Assembly (NCBI GenBank): GCA_951406725.2
Contig: OX597828.1
Coordinates: 37,572,001 to 37,636,000 of the forward strand
DNA: 64,000 nt
Source: Octopus vulgaris
Lineage: Eukaryota
Reading direction: 5' to 3'
The notes beneath the pieces are model-generated. The model was not told the DNA's origin. It saw only the letters and a program-made list of their open reading frames with translations, and did not search any database. Of this stretch, positions 27,896 to 40,323 are shown in pieces. Each line of letters opens with the position of its first letter. Position 1 is the first letter of the stretch. Position numbers and translations under genes: made by a program.

Positions 27896-28131
27896 ACTTT
27901 ACTTTATTTAAAAGCAGCAGAAATTTAACAACAGCTGTTACTCGGAGTTTCACGCTCCCATACATCAGACAGTTTTGTTAAAATAGAACCGAGATGACAA
28001 TTCTACCAAGAAACTCCGAGTAACAGCTTTTGTTAAATTTCTGCTGCTTTTAAATAAAGCAAATTACTCTACCTCTGGTATTTGAGTACTCTTTTTTCCA
28101 CCTTGTTTCACATTTGTGTGCTTACTCCGGT
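27896..28131. mobile_element. Foldback element with hammerhead-like motif (probable Penelope-like derivative)
   Basis: 50-bp inverted repeat at 27902-27951 and 28010-28059 with one mismatch. Minus-strand 27935-27972 reads CUGU CUGAUGU AUG-ggag-CGU GAA ACU-ccg-AGU A ACAG. Inserted in (TA)n. Confidence 0.65.
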
Positions 28132-28375
28132 ATATATATATATATATATATGCACACATGTATACGCACGTATGTATGTATATGTGTATATGCGCCCAGA
28201 TGCATGCATACAAACATAGAAACGCACATACACATGTTTACTTTTACAACCAAATGTTTTAGAATGTTCTCGAAGTTTTGCCTATAGTAGGCTTCGCTGT
28301 CAACTTTTGTTTTGTTGTAATACATACTTTTTACGCTACAGATATTGAGCAATTTTCCAGTGAACATATATACAT

Positions 28376-28425
<50 letters not shown>

Positions 28426-28503
28426 GTATATACATATATATATATTTAAATATATATACATATATATATATTTAAATATATATACATATATATATATATA
28501 TAT

Positions 28504-28537
<34 letters not shown>

Positions 28538-29006
28538 TCACATTTGCATAGTTATATGTGTGTTTACAAACTCATGAATAAACATCTTTGGAGGCGGCGG
28601 TGTGGGTGTTTATATCAGCGTGATGCTTCGTGTTCATACGGTGGAAAGATAAGGAAAAGTTATCGTTACGCCATTTAGGCATGTAAAAGAGAGGTAGGAA
28701 GAGAAGGAGAGAGAGAGGGAGAGATAGAGAGAGAAAGAAAGAGAGAGAGAGAGAGAGAAATTGTGTTCAGGAACGGTACTCTACAAAACAATACAAATCA
28801 ATAAATTTACACTGATGCAAAAGTAACATCCACAACAACCATAGTACCAACACCAACGACACGGGAGCTTCTATGCGGTGTCTTGACGTGTTAGAAATAG
28901 CAGCGACGTTAACACGGACCACATCATTAGTGACATGTGTGGTTCATGGATGATAGAGTTGTTTTGAATGAAAGATTTGTTCGATATGTGGTGATCTTTG
29001 GCTTAA

Positions 29007-29134
<128 letters not shown>

Positions 29135-29144
29135 CATCTATCTT

Positions 29145-29219
<75 letters not shown>

Positions 29220-29246
29220 GAATATATATATACAGGTATATATATG

Positions 29247-29285
<39 letters not shown>

Positions 29286-29629
29286 TTGTGTGTGCTTGTG
29301 TGTGTATATATATATGCGTGGATTTGGTTGACAAAAACTTAAAGGAGCCTACTGTATACATATATGCATGCATGACTGTATATATGTGTGTATGTATATA
29401 CGTACACACACACAAGCATACATATGTATGTGTGTATATGTGTGTGCGTGCGCGCGTGTGTGTATGGTTGTGTTTACATCTCCATAACATAGTGGTTCAC
29501 CAAAAGAAAGCGATACAATAAGTAATAATTTTAAAAAGTGAGTAGTAGGTAGGGTCAATTCGTTCAAATTAAACACTTACGAAACGGTGCTCGAGCATGA
29601 CTGCAGTCCGTTAGCTGAAACAAGTACGT

Positions 29630-29670
<41 letters not shown>

Positions 29671-29671
29671 A

Positions 29672-29732
<61 letters not shown>

Positions 29733-29737
29733 GTATA

Positions 29738-29818
<81 letters not shown>

Positions 29819-30089
29819 GTGTATATATATGTAAGTAAAGTATATCTGTGTTTGTGTATGTGGAGGCGGTATGTATTTCTACGTGTGCATGTATATACAA
29901 TGTATGTGCACACCTTTTGATGCAATGTAATGAGCCGCAAATATTACGCAACTTTTCACATTAAATCATTTACAAGCAATGGCGTCTAAAACGAATGGGT
30001 ACGGAAGCAATTTTAATTAATAATAGCCTTGTACTCAATTCATTCTTCTCTTCATGTTTGATTATGTTTATGTGCTAATCTTTATATAT

Positions 30090-30870
30090 TTACTCTTTTA
30101 CTCTTTTGCTTGTTTCAGTCATTTGACTGCGGCCATGCTGGAGCACCGCCTTTAGTCGAGCAAATCGACCCCGGGACTTATTCTTAGTATGCCTAGTACT
30201 TATTCTATCGGCCACTTTTCCCCAACCGCTAAGTAACGGGGACGTAAACATACCAGCATCGGTTGTCAAGCGATGGTGGGGGGACCAACACGGACACACA
30301 AACATATACACACACATACATATATATATACATATATACGACAGGCTTCTTTCAGTTTCCGTCTACCAAATACATTCACAAGGCATTGGTCGGGCCGAGG
30401 CTATAGCAGAAGACACTTGCCCAAGATGCCACACAGTGGGACTGAACCCCGAACCATGTGGTTGGTAAGCAAGCTATTTACCACACAGCCACACCTGCGC
30501 CTATGCTAATCTTTATATATTTACTCTTTTACTCTTTTGCTTGTTTCAGTCATTTGACTGCGGCTATGCTGTAGCACCGCCTTTAGTCGAGGAAGTCCAC
30601 CCCAGGACTTATTCTTTGTATGCCTAGTACTTATTCTATCGGTCTCTTTTCACGAACCGCTAAGTTACGGCGTAAACATACCAGCATCGGTTGTCAAGCG
30701 ATGCTGGATGGACAAACACAGACACACAAACACACACACAAATATATATATATAACAATGATAAATGGCAAATATGCGTCACGATATATATATATATATA
30801 TACATATATAGACGACAGGCTTCTTTAAGTTTCCGCCTACCAGATCCCATCACAAGGCTGTGGTCGGCCG
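30090..30870 (-). mobile_element. Two tandem SINE family B copies
   Basis: A full copy at 30090-30502 is flanked by duplicated TGCTAATCTTTATATAT (30073-30089 and 30504-30520); a second copy lies at 30521-30870. Confidence 0.85.
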
Positions 30871-30995
30871 ATACAGCTTGGCACCAGTGACGTCGTAATT
30901 CATTTCTACAGCTGAGTGAAGTGGGACTACGTGAAATAAACACAACACATAACTCTGTGTATTTATGTGTCTATGTGTGTGTGTGTGTGTGTGTG

Positions 30996-31752
30996 TAGAA
31001 GGCATCCCAAAAGTGACTGATGAGTTTCAATTTTTGAACTTTACAAATAAATGCATGAAATTTTGATACAATATAATGGACATGATGGCAATTAATATGC
31101 ACAAGTCAAATTCTGCAACACAACTACATAACATATGAAAAATGACATCGCTTAAATGGCAGCCATTTTCGGCTTCGTACTTTTCAAAACTTGCACCATA
31201 ACACCTTCAAGAATTTCAGACCCCGCTTCTCTGATTTCTCTATTGATGTTCTCCTTCAGTTGCATCAGGGTCTCCGGTTTGTTAACGTAAACCATCTCTT
31301 TCTGGTATTCCCACAAGAACAAATCCGGGCTTGTCAAGTTTGGGGAACGTGAAAACCGGTTTACATTGCCGTAGCGGGAGATTATTCTCTTTCCAAAGCA
31401 TTGCCATAGCAACTGCATTGTTTCTCTTGCAGTATGAACAGTTGCCCCAACATCCTGGAACCATGTGTGATGTCTACTTTGAGTGACCAAGCGCAAAAAT
31501 GTTTCAATCATGGATACCTGAAAGAGATGGTTTATGCCATCCGGAGACCCTGGAGCAACTAAAGGAGAACGTCAATAGAGAAGTAGGGTCTGAAACTCTT
31601 GAGGGTGTTATGGTGCAAGCTTTGGAAAGAGGACGGGCGTGCGAAACCGAAAAGGGCTGCCATTTAAACGATGTAATTTTTCATGTGATGGAGAGGTGTT
31701 TCAAAATTTGACTTCTACATAGTAATTTCCATTATATCCCTTAAATTGTATA
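30996..31752. mobile_element. Decayed Tc1/mariner-superfamily (DD41D-like) transposon, two 3' ends in inverted orientation
   Basis: Minus strand WFQDVGATVH...RSPNLTSPDLFLWEY...VYVNKPETLMQLKENI, with 41 residues between the aligned second and third catalytic positions. Plus strand 31512-31752 repeats the C-terminus (PETLEQLKENVNRE). Confidence 0.75.
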
Positions 31753-32104
31753 TATATACAGTGTCTGTGTATACATTCGTATTTATATATATATATATAT
31801 ATGTGTGTATAGGGAGATAGATAGATCTGTATGTATGTATATATATATATATATATATGGGGCGTGTAGTTTGTATGTATGTATGTGTCTCTATATAAGT
31901 ATGAATATGTATGTATATAAATATGCATGTACATGAGTTTCTATGTAGTTACGCTGTACAAAGTTCTGTGAAAGACTTTTTGTATAGTTTCCTCTTCATT
32001 CGTTTGTACGAGGGAAAGTTTGAGAATCCCATCGGACTCTTAGAGGACTGCGTCAGCCGAAACTTCAAAGTAATTATCAGTATTTCTGGTGATATATGTG
32101 CATA

Positions 32105-32170
<66 letters not shown>

Positions 32171-32176
32171 TACATA

Positions 32177-32219
<43 letters not shown>

Positions 32220-32247
32220 ATACATACAGACAGACAGACAGACAGAC

Positions 32248-32321
<74 letters not shown>

Positions 32322-32726
32322 GCTGGCTTATTAGCAATGGTTAATAAGCTCCTGACGAAATACCGCTCAGCATTTCGCGCCGGCGTGCTAGCGTTTCTGC
32401 CAGCTCGCCGCCTTCCCAACAGAGGGACGGGGCCAGTCGATTAGATGGACCCCAGTACGCAACTGGTGCTTAATTTATCGATCCCGAAAGGATGAAAGGC
32501 AAAGTTGACATTGAGCGAAGTGGAACTATGAATATAAATACATAGAAAAAGCGCCGTAATCGCTCTGAGGCTTCTGCTAATCCACAAATTGATTACTTCG
32601 AAGGATGGACTGAGGTACGGTCAAGAAAATATTGTTCCCGCGGTACGGCAAATATTATTAACATATTTCCGTACAATATTCCTTTTTATTGCAATCCTCA
32701 AACCACGAATAATAATGATAATAATC

Positions 32727-33075
32727 CCTTCTACATCGACCTCAGTGTTTTCCTGGTACTTAATTTATCGACCCCGAAAGGATAAAAGGCAAAGTCGACC
32801 TCGGGGGAATTTGAACTCAGAACGTAGCGGCAGACGAAATACCTATTTCTTTATTACTCACAAGGGGCTAAACACAGAGGGGACAAACAAGGACAGACAT
32901 AGGTATTAAGTCGATTACATCGACCCCAGTGCGTAACTGGTACTTAATTTATCGACCCCGAAAGGATGAAAGGCAAAGTCGACCTCGGCGGAATTTGAAC
33001 TCAGAACGTAACGCAGACGAAATACCGCTAAGCATTTGGCCCGGCGTGCTATCGATTCTGCCAGCTCGTCACCTT
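32727..33075 (-). mobile_element. SINE family A dimer
   Basis: Junction at 32842/32843, at the same position as in the other dimers. Confidence 0.85.
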
Positions 33076-33201
33076 ATTAATACTAATACTAATCGTCACC
33101 TTATTAATACTAATACTAATCGTCACCTTATTAATACTAATACTAATCGTCACCTTATTAATACTAATACTAATCGTCACCTTATCAATACTAATACTAA
33201 T
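33067..33201. repeat. 27-bp tandem repeat, 5 copies
   Basis: CGTCACCTTATTAATACTAATACTAAT five times, with one mismatch in the last copy. Confidence 0.95.
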
Positions 33202-33234
33202 ACTACTAACAGTAATACTACTAACAGTAATAAT

Positions 33235-33566
33235 AGAGCATCATAGTCATGTGTTGAGAGGGATTCTTTGAGGTTTGAATAATTCACCTCTGGAAACATG
33301 GGTGTTTCGTTCAACATCCTTAAACAATCCTTATTCAGGGACCTTTTGAGCGGGATGGTCTACTCGACCGGAAGAAAATTCTAACTGGGCCCCACCTGCA
33401 AGGTCATGCGCTGCTTATCTTGATATGAGATTACCATGTCGCGCGCATATGGCTGTGATGTATGTGCCTGGTGTACCCTTATCAGACGGGTAGTCATGAT
33501 GGGTATACTGGGCTTCGTATATTTTACCCCAGTGTCACTTTGATGACATGCACTGCTCTCTCACTC

Positions 33567-33567
<1 letters not shown>
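33235..33567 (+). mobile_element. Unclassified insert running into (AAT)n, probably a retroelement 3' end
   Basis: Complex sequence between AAT-type repeats; no protein motif recognised. Confidence 0.35.
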
Positions 33568-33661
<94 letters not shown>

Positions 33662-33662
33662 C

Positions 33663-33693
<31 letters not shown>

Positions 33694-34159
33694 GTTCTTT
33701 TTTATTAACCACAAGGACAGTGAGGGAGAAATTCTTTCTGACATAGGCGAAAGGCTTGTAATTTTGGAAGAAGACTTAATCGATTACGTCTGCCTTAATA
33801 ACTGATTGGCACTTTTTAACGAACTCTGTGACATGAAAGTTCGAGTGACTTCTGTGAGATGTAAGTTCAATACATAAAGAGTCGGAACAAATGGCACGGG
33901 CCATTTTTTCTCCCATTGTTCTAACGATTCTGTCAATGCACCGCTCTTAAAAATAGGTGCTAATGAGAAAGTTTTTTTTTTTGAGGGAGAAGTTAAATGA
34001 TGACATCGATTACGTTGACCCCTAAACATGAATTGGTAGCTAATATTATCCATCCCGTAGGGATAAAAAGCAACATTGACCTTCGGGAGATTTGAACTCA
34101 GAAGTATAGAACCTGAACAATTACAAGATACTTTTCCCCAACTTTCTAATGATTCTGTC

Positions 34160-34212
<53 letters not shown>

Positions 34213-34295
34213 TAATCCTTTCTACAATAGGAAGATGGCCCGAAATTTTAGGGCAACGGTTAGTTGATGAAGACAAAATTCAACATTAGCGATAC

Positions 34296-35063
34296 CCGTT
34301 TCTACTGTAGGCACAAGGCCTGAAATTTTGTGGGAAGGGACAAGTCGTTTGGATCGACCCCCAGAACTCAACAGGTACTTAATTTATTGGGCCCGAAAGG
34401 TTGAAAGGCAAAGTCGACTTCGGCGGAATTTGAACTCAGAACGTACTGGCAGACGAAATACCTATTTCTTTACTACCCACAAGGGGCCACACACAGAGAT
34501 TTCAAACAAGGACAGACAAACGGATTAAGTCGATTATATCGACTCCAGTGCGTAACTGGTACTTATTTAATCGACCCCGAAAGGATGAAAGGCAAAGTCG
34601 ACCTCGGCGGAATTTGAACACAGAACGTAACGGCAGACGAAATACCTATTTCTTTATTACCCACAAGGGGCTAAGCACAGAGAGGACAAACAAGGACAGA
34701 CAAACGGATTAAGTCGATTATATCGACTCCAGTGCGTAACTGGTACTTATTTAATCGACCCCGAAAGGATGAAAGGCAAAGTCGACCTCGGCGGAATTTG
34801 AACACAGAACGTAACGGCAGACGAAATACCTATTTCTTTACTACCCACAAGGGGCTAAGCAGAGAGGACAAGCAATGACAGACAAACGGATTAAGACAAT
34901 TATATCGACCCCAGTACGTAACTGGTACTTATTTAATCGAACCCGAAAGGATGAAAGGCAAAGTCGACCTCGGCGGAATTTGAACTCAGAACGTAACGGC
35001 AGACGAAATACCACCAAGCATTTCGCCCAACGTGCCAACGTTTCTGCCAGCCCGCCCGCCGCC
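34296..35063 (-). mobile_element. SINE family A multimer: one head, three A2 units, one older A1 remainder
   Basis: Units at 34462-34645, 34646-34829 and 34830-35011 (184, 184 and 182 bp). Confidence 0.9.
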
Positions 35064-35770
35064 TACTGGACCCTAATAATCATAATATTATGAATCCCGT
35101 GCCTGTTTTGTTGGTGTGAATTCAGTTGATAGATCAATGAAATTGCCACCTCGTTAGATAAATGCTTATTTTTTCCGCTGAGTGTTTGGATATCTCGCAG
35201 ACACGTGCACTTTTAACGTTACTCATAGTTTGAATTAGCGTGAGTTGATGTGGGTTAGGGTTGGGCACGGTTGGACTTTATTTTACAGGGACCATCTACC
35301 TGAATGGCTGCTCTTCTTCAGAGTCGCCGTTTCTTCAGTTTTTCTCATACGACTTGGGGTGGGGGTGGGGAATGATCTGATGCTGTGTGAAATGACTCGT
35401 AAGATGGCACGCATAGGGATCGAATCTCACTCTTATTGTTTCCCAAAGCTAGTTTCTTAATCGAGTGTACATGCGAACCATAATGATGATGATGATGACG
35501 GTGATGACGACGACGATGATGATGAAGTGGTGGTGATGATAAGGTTGATGATGATGCTAGTTTCGAACACAAACACATGTCTATAAATATCTAATGTGTA
35601 TGCGTCGGGGTATGCAATTGATTTTATCGATCTTCTGTACTTGATTGGTACTTGATTTATCGAAGCCTTGAATAATGAAGGATAAATGCCGAACATTACA
35701 GGGTTTGAAGACAGAACTTAAAAAGAGAAGCAATGATGCTGTTGCTGCTGCTGCTGCTGCTGCTGCTATC

Positions 35771-35813
<43 letters not shown>

Positions 35814-35980
35814 ATCCTCATTGGCATGAGTCAACACCGGTGAAGATGGTGATGGTGATGATGGCGGTGATGATGATGGTCGTGGTGGCGGTGGTGAAGA
35901 TGGTAGTGCTGATGGTGTTAGTGGTAGTGGTGGTGCAAGTGGTGGTGTTGCTGGTGGTAGTGCTAGTGGTAGTGGTGGTG

Positions 35981-36147
35981 ACGTTGTGAGTTCAAATTCC
36001 GCCGAGGTCGACTTTGCCTTTCATCCTTTCGGAGTCGATAAATTAAGTACCAGTTACGCACTGGGGTTGATGTAATCGACTTAATACCTATGTCTGTCCT
36101 TGTTTGTTCCCTCTGTGTTTAGCCCCTTGTGGGTAATAAAGAAATAG
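35981..36147 (+). mobile_element. SINE A2, 5' truncated
   Basis: Runs from the B-box through the tail CCCCTTGTGGGTAATAAAGAAATAG. Confidence 0.8.
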
Positions 36148-36605
36148 GTATAGTTGATTGAGTCGTTCTCAGTACATAACGTGGTTCCCTTCATGTCAAT
36201 AATAATAATAATAATAATAACAATAATAATGGCAATGATGCGAATTCCTCGCATTTTCCAGAGGGGCATCCTTGAGGGCGACATTACAGCAGAGGCGTTT
36301 ACAATTTGTCTGTTTGTTGGGGAACCGAGTATCGAATAAAAGAAGACGAGAAGACATGAAGAAGATGGATACATGTGATAAAAAAAAAGTATACAAAATA
36401 CAAAATATCTGAACACCTCCAGTTGGGGGCCAATCAAGGAACCCATCAGATCCAGGATCATGTTAACCATCAAGGGCTCAATCCTTACCCTGCTGTTGTT
36501 CTTCAGTCTAACCTGTAGACTGAAGACAATTTCCATTCTCCCTAACCATTTTCGTCTGTCGTCCACGTTTTGATAGACTCACCCACCACCTTTCCAAGTA
36601 GAACT

Positions 36606-36670
<65 letters not shown>

Positions 36671-37132
36671 TTCTGATTTGAAGGGAGGGCGTTTAGTTAT
36701 TACCATCGACCCCATCATTTAACTGGTACATTTCTTTATCGATCACAAAAGAGTGAAAAACGAAGTTGACTACTGCACGGTTTAAATGATGATGACAATG
36801 ATGATGGTGACAATGGTGATGATGATGATAATGATGATGACAATGATAATAATGAGGATGATGATGATGACGACGATGATTTTAATAAAATCTTTTCCAA
36901 TTTTGGTACAAATCCAGACAATTCTGATAGTGAAGATTAGTCCAATCATATCGATACCCTGCGCCCAACTGGTACTTAGTTTATCGACTCCTCAAAGAAT
37001 GGAAAGCCTCAGTTGACCTCGGAGACATGTGAACTGAGTACGCTAGCCGGCAGAAATAGTGCTAAGCATTTTGTCTGGCGCGGTAACTGTTCTGCCAGAT
37101 CGCCACCTTAATAATAATAATAATTATAATAA

Positions 37133-37184
<52 letters not shown>

Positions 37185-37185
<1 letters not shown>

Positions 37186-37352
37186 CGAGTGTGAAGGTAG
37201 AACATCTACAAAAATCGGCATTGCTTGGAACTGCAAGAATTCTTCGCAGGGTTCTTGAAGCATGACCAGTGAACAAGTGTCACCTGAGTCTGCTGGCTGT
37301 GGACAGCTGACACTTTCCATCATACCTAGCAACATAAGCTGTGAGCATTCAT
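37185..37352 (+). mobile_element. R4/Dong-clade LINE 3' end in a trinucleotide microsatellite
   Basis: VEHLQKSALLGTARILRRVLEA-stop matches the R4-clade terminal motif; a short 3' UTR then (ACT)/(AAT)n follows. Confidence 0.8.
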
Positions 37353-37362
37353 ATACTACTAC

Positions 37363-37463
<101 letters not shown>

Positions 37464-37704
37464 GTTTCAAATTTTAGCACATGGCCAGTAATTTAGGAGG
37501 AGGGGATGAGTCAATTACATCGACCCTAGTGATCAACTGGTACTTATTTTTTCGAACCCGAAACGAGGAAAAGTAAAGTCGACTTCGGCAGAACTTGAAC
37601 TCAGAACGTTGGAGACGGACGAAAATTTGGGGAACGGCCGGGAAATCGATTACATAGACCCCCCCCCCCATTGCGCAACTGGCATTTATTTCATCGACTC
37701 CGAA

Positions 37705-37945
37705 AAATGAAAAATATAGAGAAATTATCTTGAAATAGAGATAAACAGAACGTGGGCTCTGTAAACAGAAACCAAACCACCCTTATAATAATAATTGCTT
37801 TGGTAGCAATGAACGAAACAAAACAGAGAACAAAACACATGTAGATACATACAGAAGACCCTACCCGCCCACCACAGGACTTGCAGTTAGGCAGAACATT
37901 CAGAAAATAGCACTAATAGGTGCACTCCACGTATATTGTGTATAG
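37705..37945 (+). mobile_element. Older R4/Dong-clade RLE fragment
   Basis: Frameshifted EKYRE / LEIEINRTWAL*TET / NIQKIALIG resembles KYxDLEIEIxRMW...IQKxALLGT. Confidence 0.55.
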
Positions 37946-38412
37946 GAGAGGAATGTCAGTGTATATAGGAAACATAAAACGAAAACAAAACATTCTGTGT
38001 GCACAAAAGTATACACAGACAGTGTAGTGTGCTATCTAACCGAATTGAAATCACGAAATAGAAAAACAACAACAACAATAATAATAACAACAACAACAAC
38101 AATTACGACGAGAATATTAACAACAACGCTCGTAATGATAACGACGATTCGAAAGGAATGCTTTAAACAACATGAATATTGAAAGTAGTTGTCAGTAAGA
38201 AGAACTTGGTCGGTTGCACGTGTTGTTTCCTTCGGAAGTAAACGTAAATCACAAATTTTTTGACTTTTGCTTGAATGAGAAATAAAATATTTAAACACAA
38301 TTTAATTGAAGAAAATAAAGCCTGCAAGAATTTTCAATTATATTGGAATGAGTTTCTTCTTTCTCTTTTTTTTTATTGTTATTATTATTATTATTCCGAC
38401 AATAATATATTT

Positions 38413-38464
<52 letters not shown>

Positions 38465-38494
38465 CATACATACATATATATATGTATATTTATG

Positions 38495-38537
<43 letters not shown>

Positions 38538-38572
38538 CATATATATACATATATGTGTATATATGTATATAC

Positions 38573-38609
<37 letters not shown>

Positions 38610-38631
38610 TACATATGTATGTATATATGTG

Positions 38632-38679
<48 letters not shown>

Positions 38680-39072
38680 TATATGTATGTATATATATGT
38701 ATATATATGTATATATACTTTCTTTATTTATAGAATAGAATTCTCATGTATGAATATTAACAAAAGGAGAAAAATAATGATCAATATAATATTAATAATA
38801 ATAATAAATATAATAATAACTGTAATAATAATAATAAGAATAAGAATATCAATAGTAATAAAAATAAAAATAATAATGTTAATATTGTAATTGTTCTATT
38901 TACATTACAGCCTTATTAAGAATGTATAATTTCTCTCATTTGAAAGGAATATAAGTCGTCTTTGTCTTGTCCTTTCATTATATTTCCTGTTCAATTTGTT
39001 TTCGCATTTGGTCACACACAAACACATACATTATTCACATATATACATAAAAATGAGTCCTGTTTAAACTCT

Positions 39073-40323
39073 TCATGACCGAGATATGGCAAATATGACA
39101 GCCATCATACAAAACCCGACAAACGTGCACGATATTCTTCTCAAGTCGTCGTGGCCCTGTAAGTCTTTAAAAAGTATATCAAAGAATATGATGTAAAAAA
39201 TTGTCCCAGTCGCCACACTTTGCAGAATGGCATCGGGCACGTTGACGTGGCTGTACAGTTTTGTGCTTGATGATATAGAAATTCCTGTGATTATACCAAT
39301 TCCAAGAATGAGAGTAAAACAACCAACACAGAAACATGCCATACCTTGTCCTTCGTTCTCTTTGGTCAGCTGGTATCCCATGCCGAATGCCAGGACACAC
39401 CTGTGCACTGCAATAGCGAAACATAGGGTCCATACATTGCTTTGTAAACTTTGCAATCCGAGGGTCATTCCCTCGAAAATTCCGTGGAAAGAAAGAGCTA
39501 TAATAAAGATGATTGAGCGAATGTAAACATGCCGATCGGCGTCAGGGTTTTTTAGTTCATCGACTACACGTTTTAGTTCGAATTCCTGCATCGATATCGA
39601 GTCAATTGATTCAGCCTCGGCAGCGACACCGTCTTGAATTTCGACGTTGGCTTCTATCACAGTTCCTGTATTGTATTCCTCGTTGGACAGCGAATTTAAG
39701 CTGAGTTCTTCGGTGGTGGGTAATATCTCCCGAGGTAAAACCCCTCCGCTTATACCACAACCGCCGGTTCCGTTGTTAGGAATATTTCCAAGTCCACTGC
39801 TCATACCACCGCCGACACCACTGCCCATCAGACCTCCGCTGACACTGAAACCCCCCAGAGGGGTCGAACTTAGATTTCCCATGGGGGCACTCATACTTAG
39901 ACTACCACCCGGATGATGGTTGTGCATCGTGTGTGGGTTTGTGTTTTCACCACCGACCATCTTTCGCGACTGACTTCGCATTTTTCTGTAGACCAGCTGA
40001 ATTATTTGTTCGACAAACAACACGGCGTAAAACCCGGACATTGTCAGTAATTCAGCGACCGGGTACTGCGATGTGGAGCCAAGGTATTTCATCACTTCTT
40101 TCACCTTATCACGAGTTTCGGGTATCAGATGTAGAAAACATGTCGCGAGGAATACGCCACCAGAAAAACAACGTGATCCATTAAGAAGGTACTGTATGGT
40201 TCCGTCCATCTTAATTAAGGACTTGCCGACAAATTTCACCAGTTTCACCGGTAGCAGGCCAGCCATCATGGTCAGCGCTGTTAGGATAACCAAGGCTATT
40301 ATCTTGGCCGCTACCACATCCAT
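39073..40323 (-). CDS. ZIP (SLC39) subfamily II zinc transporter, ZIP1/2/3-like, 416 aa, uninterrupted CDS
   Basis: First ATG at 40323 in strong context (GCTATGG). Motifs CFSGGVFLATCFLHLIPE (TM2), YPVAELL...FVEQ (TM3), ALSFHGIFEG (TM4), AIAVHR (TM5) and LQSVATGTIFYIIFFDIL (TM7). 3+5 TM layout with a His-containing cytosolic loop; TGA at 39075-39073. Confidence 0.93.
   Translation of the reverse strand: MDVVAAKIIALVILTALTMMAGLLPVKLVKFVGKSLIKMDGTIQYLLNGSRCFSGGVFLATCFLHLIPETRDKVKEVMKYLGSTSQYPVAELLTMSGFYAVLFVEQIIQLVYRKMRSQSRKMVGGENTNPHTMHNHHPGGSLSMSAPMGNLSSTPLGGFSVSGGLMGSGVGGGMSSGLGNIPNNGTGGCGISGGVLPREILPTTEELSLNSLSNEEYNTGTVIEANVEIQDGVAAEAESIDSISMQEFELKRVVDELKNPDADRHVYIRSIIFIIALSFHGIFEGMTLGLQSLQSNVWTLCFAIAVHRCVLAFGMGYQLTKENEGQGMACFCVGCFTLILGIGIITGISISSSTKLYSHVNVPDAILQSVATGTIFYIIFFDILFKDLQGHDDLRRISCTFVGFCMMAVIFAISRS

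Noticed and set aside
33067-35011. CRISPR-like appearance of the repeated units
   Set aside because: No unique spacers, eukaryotic context and no cas genes.
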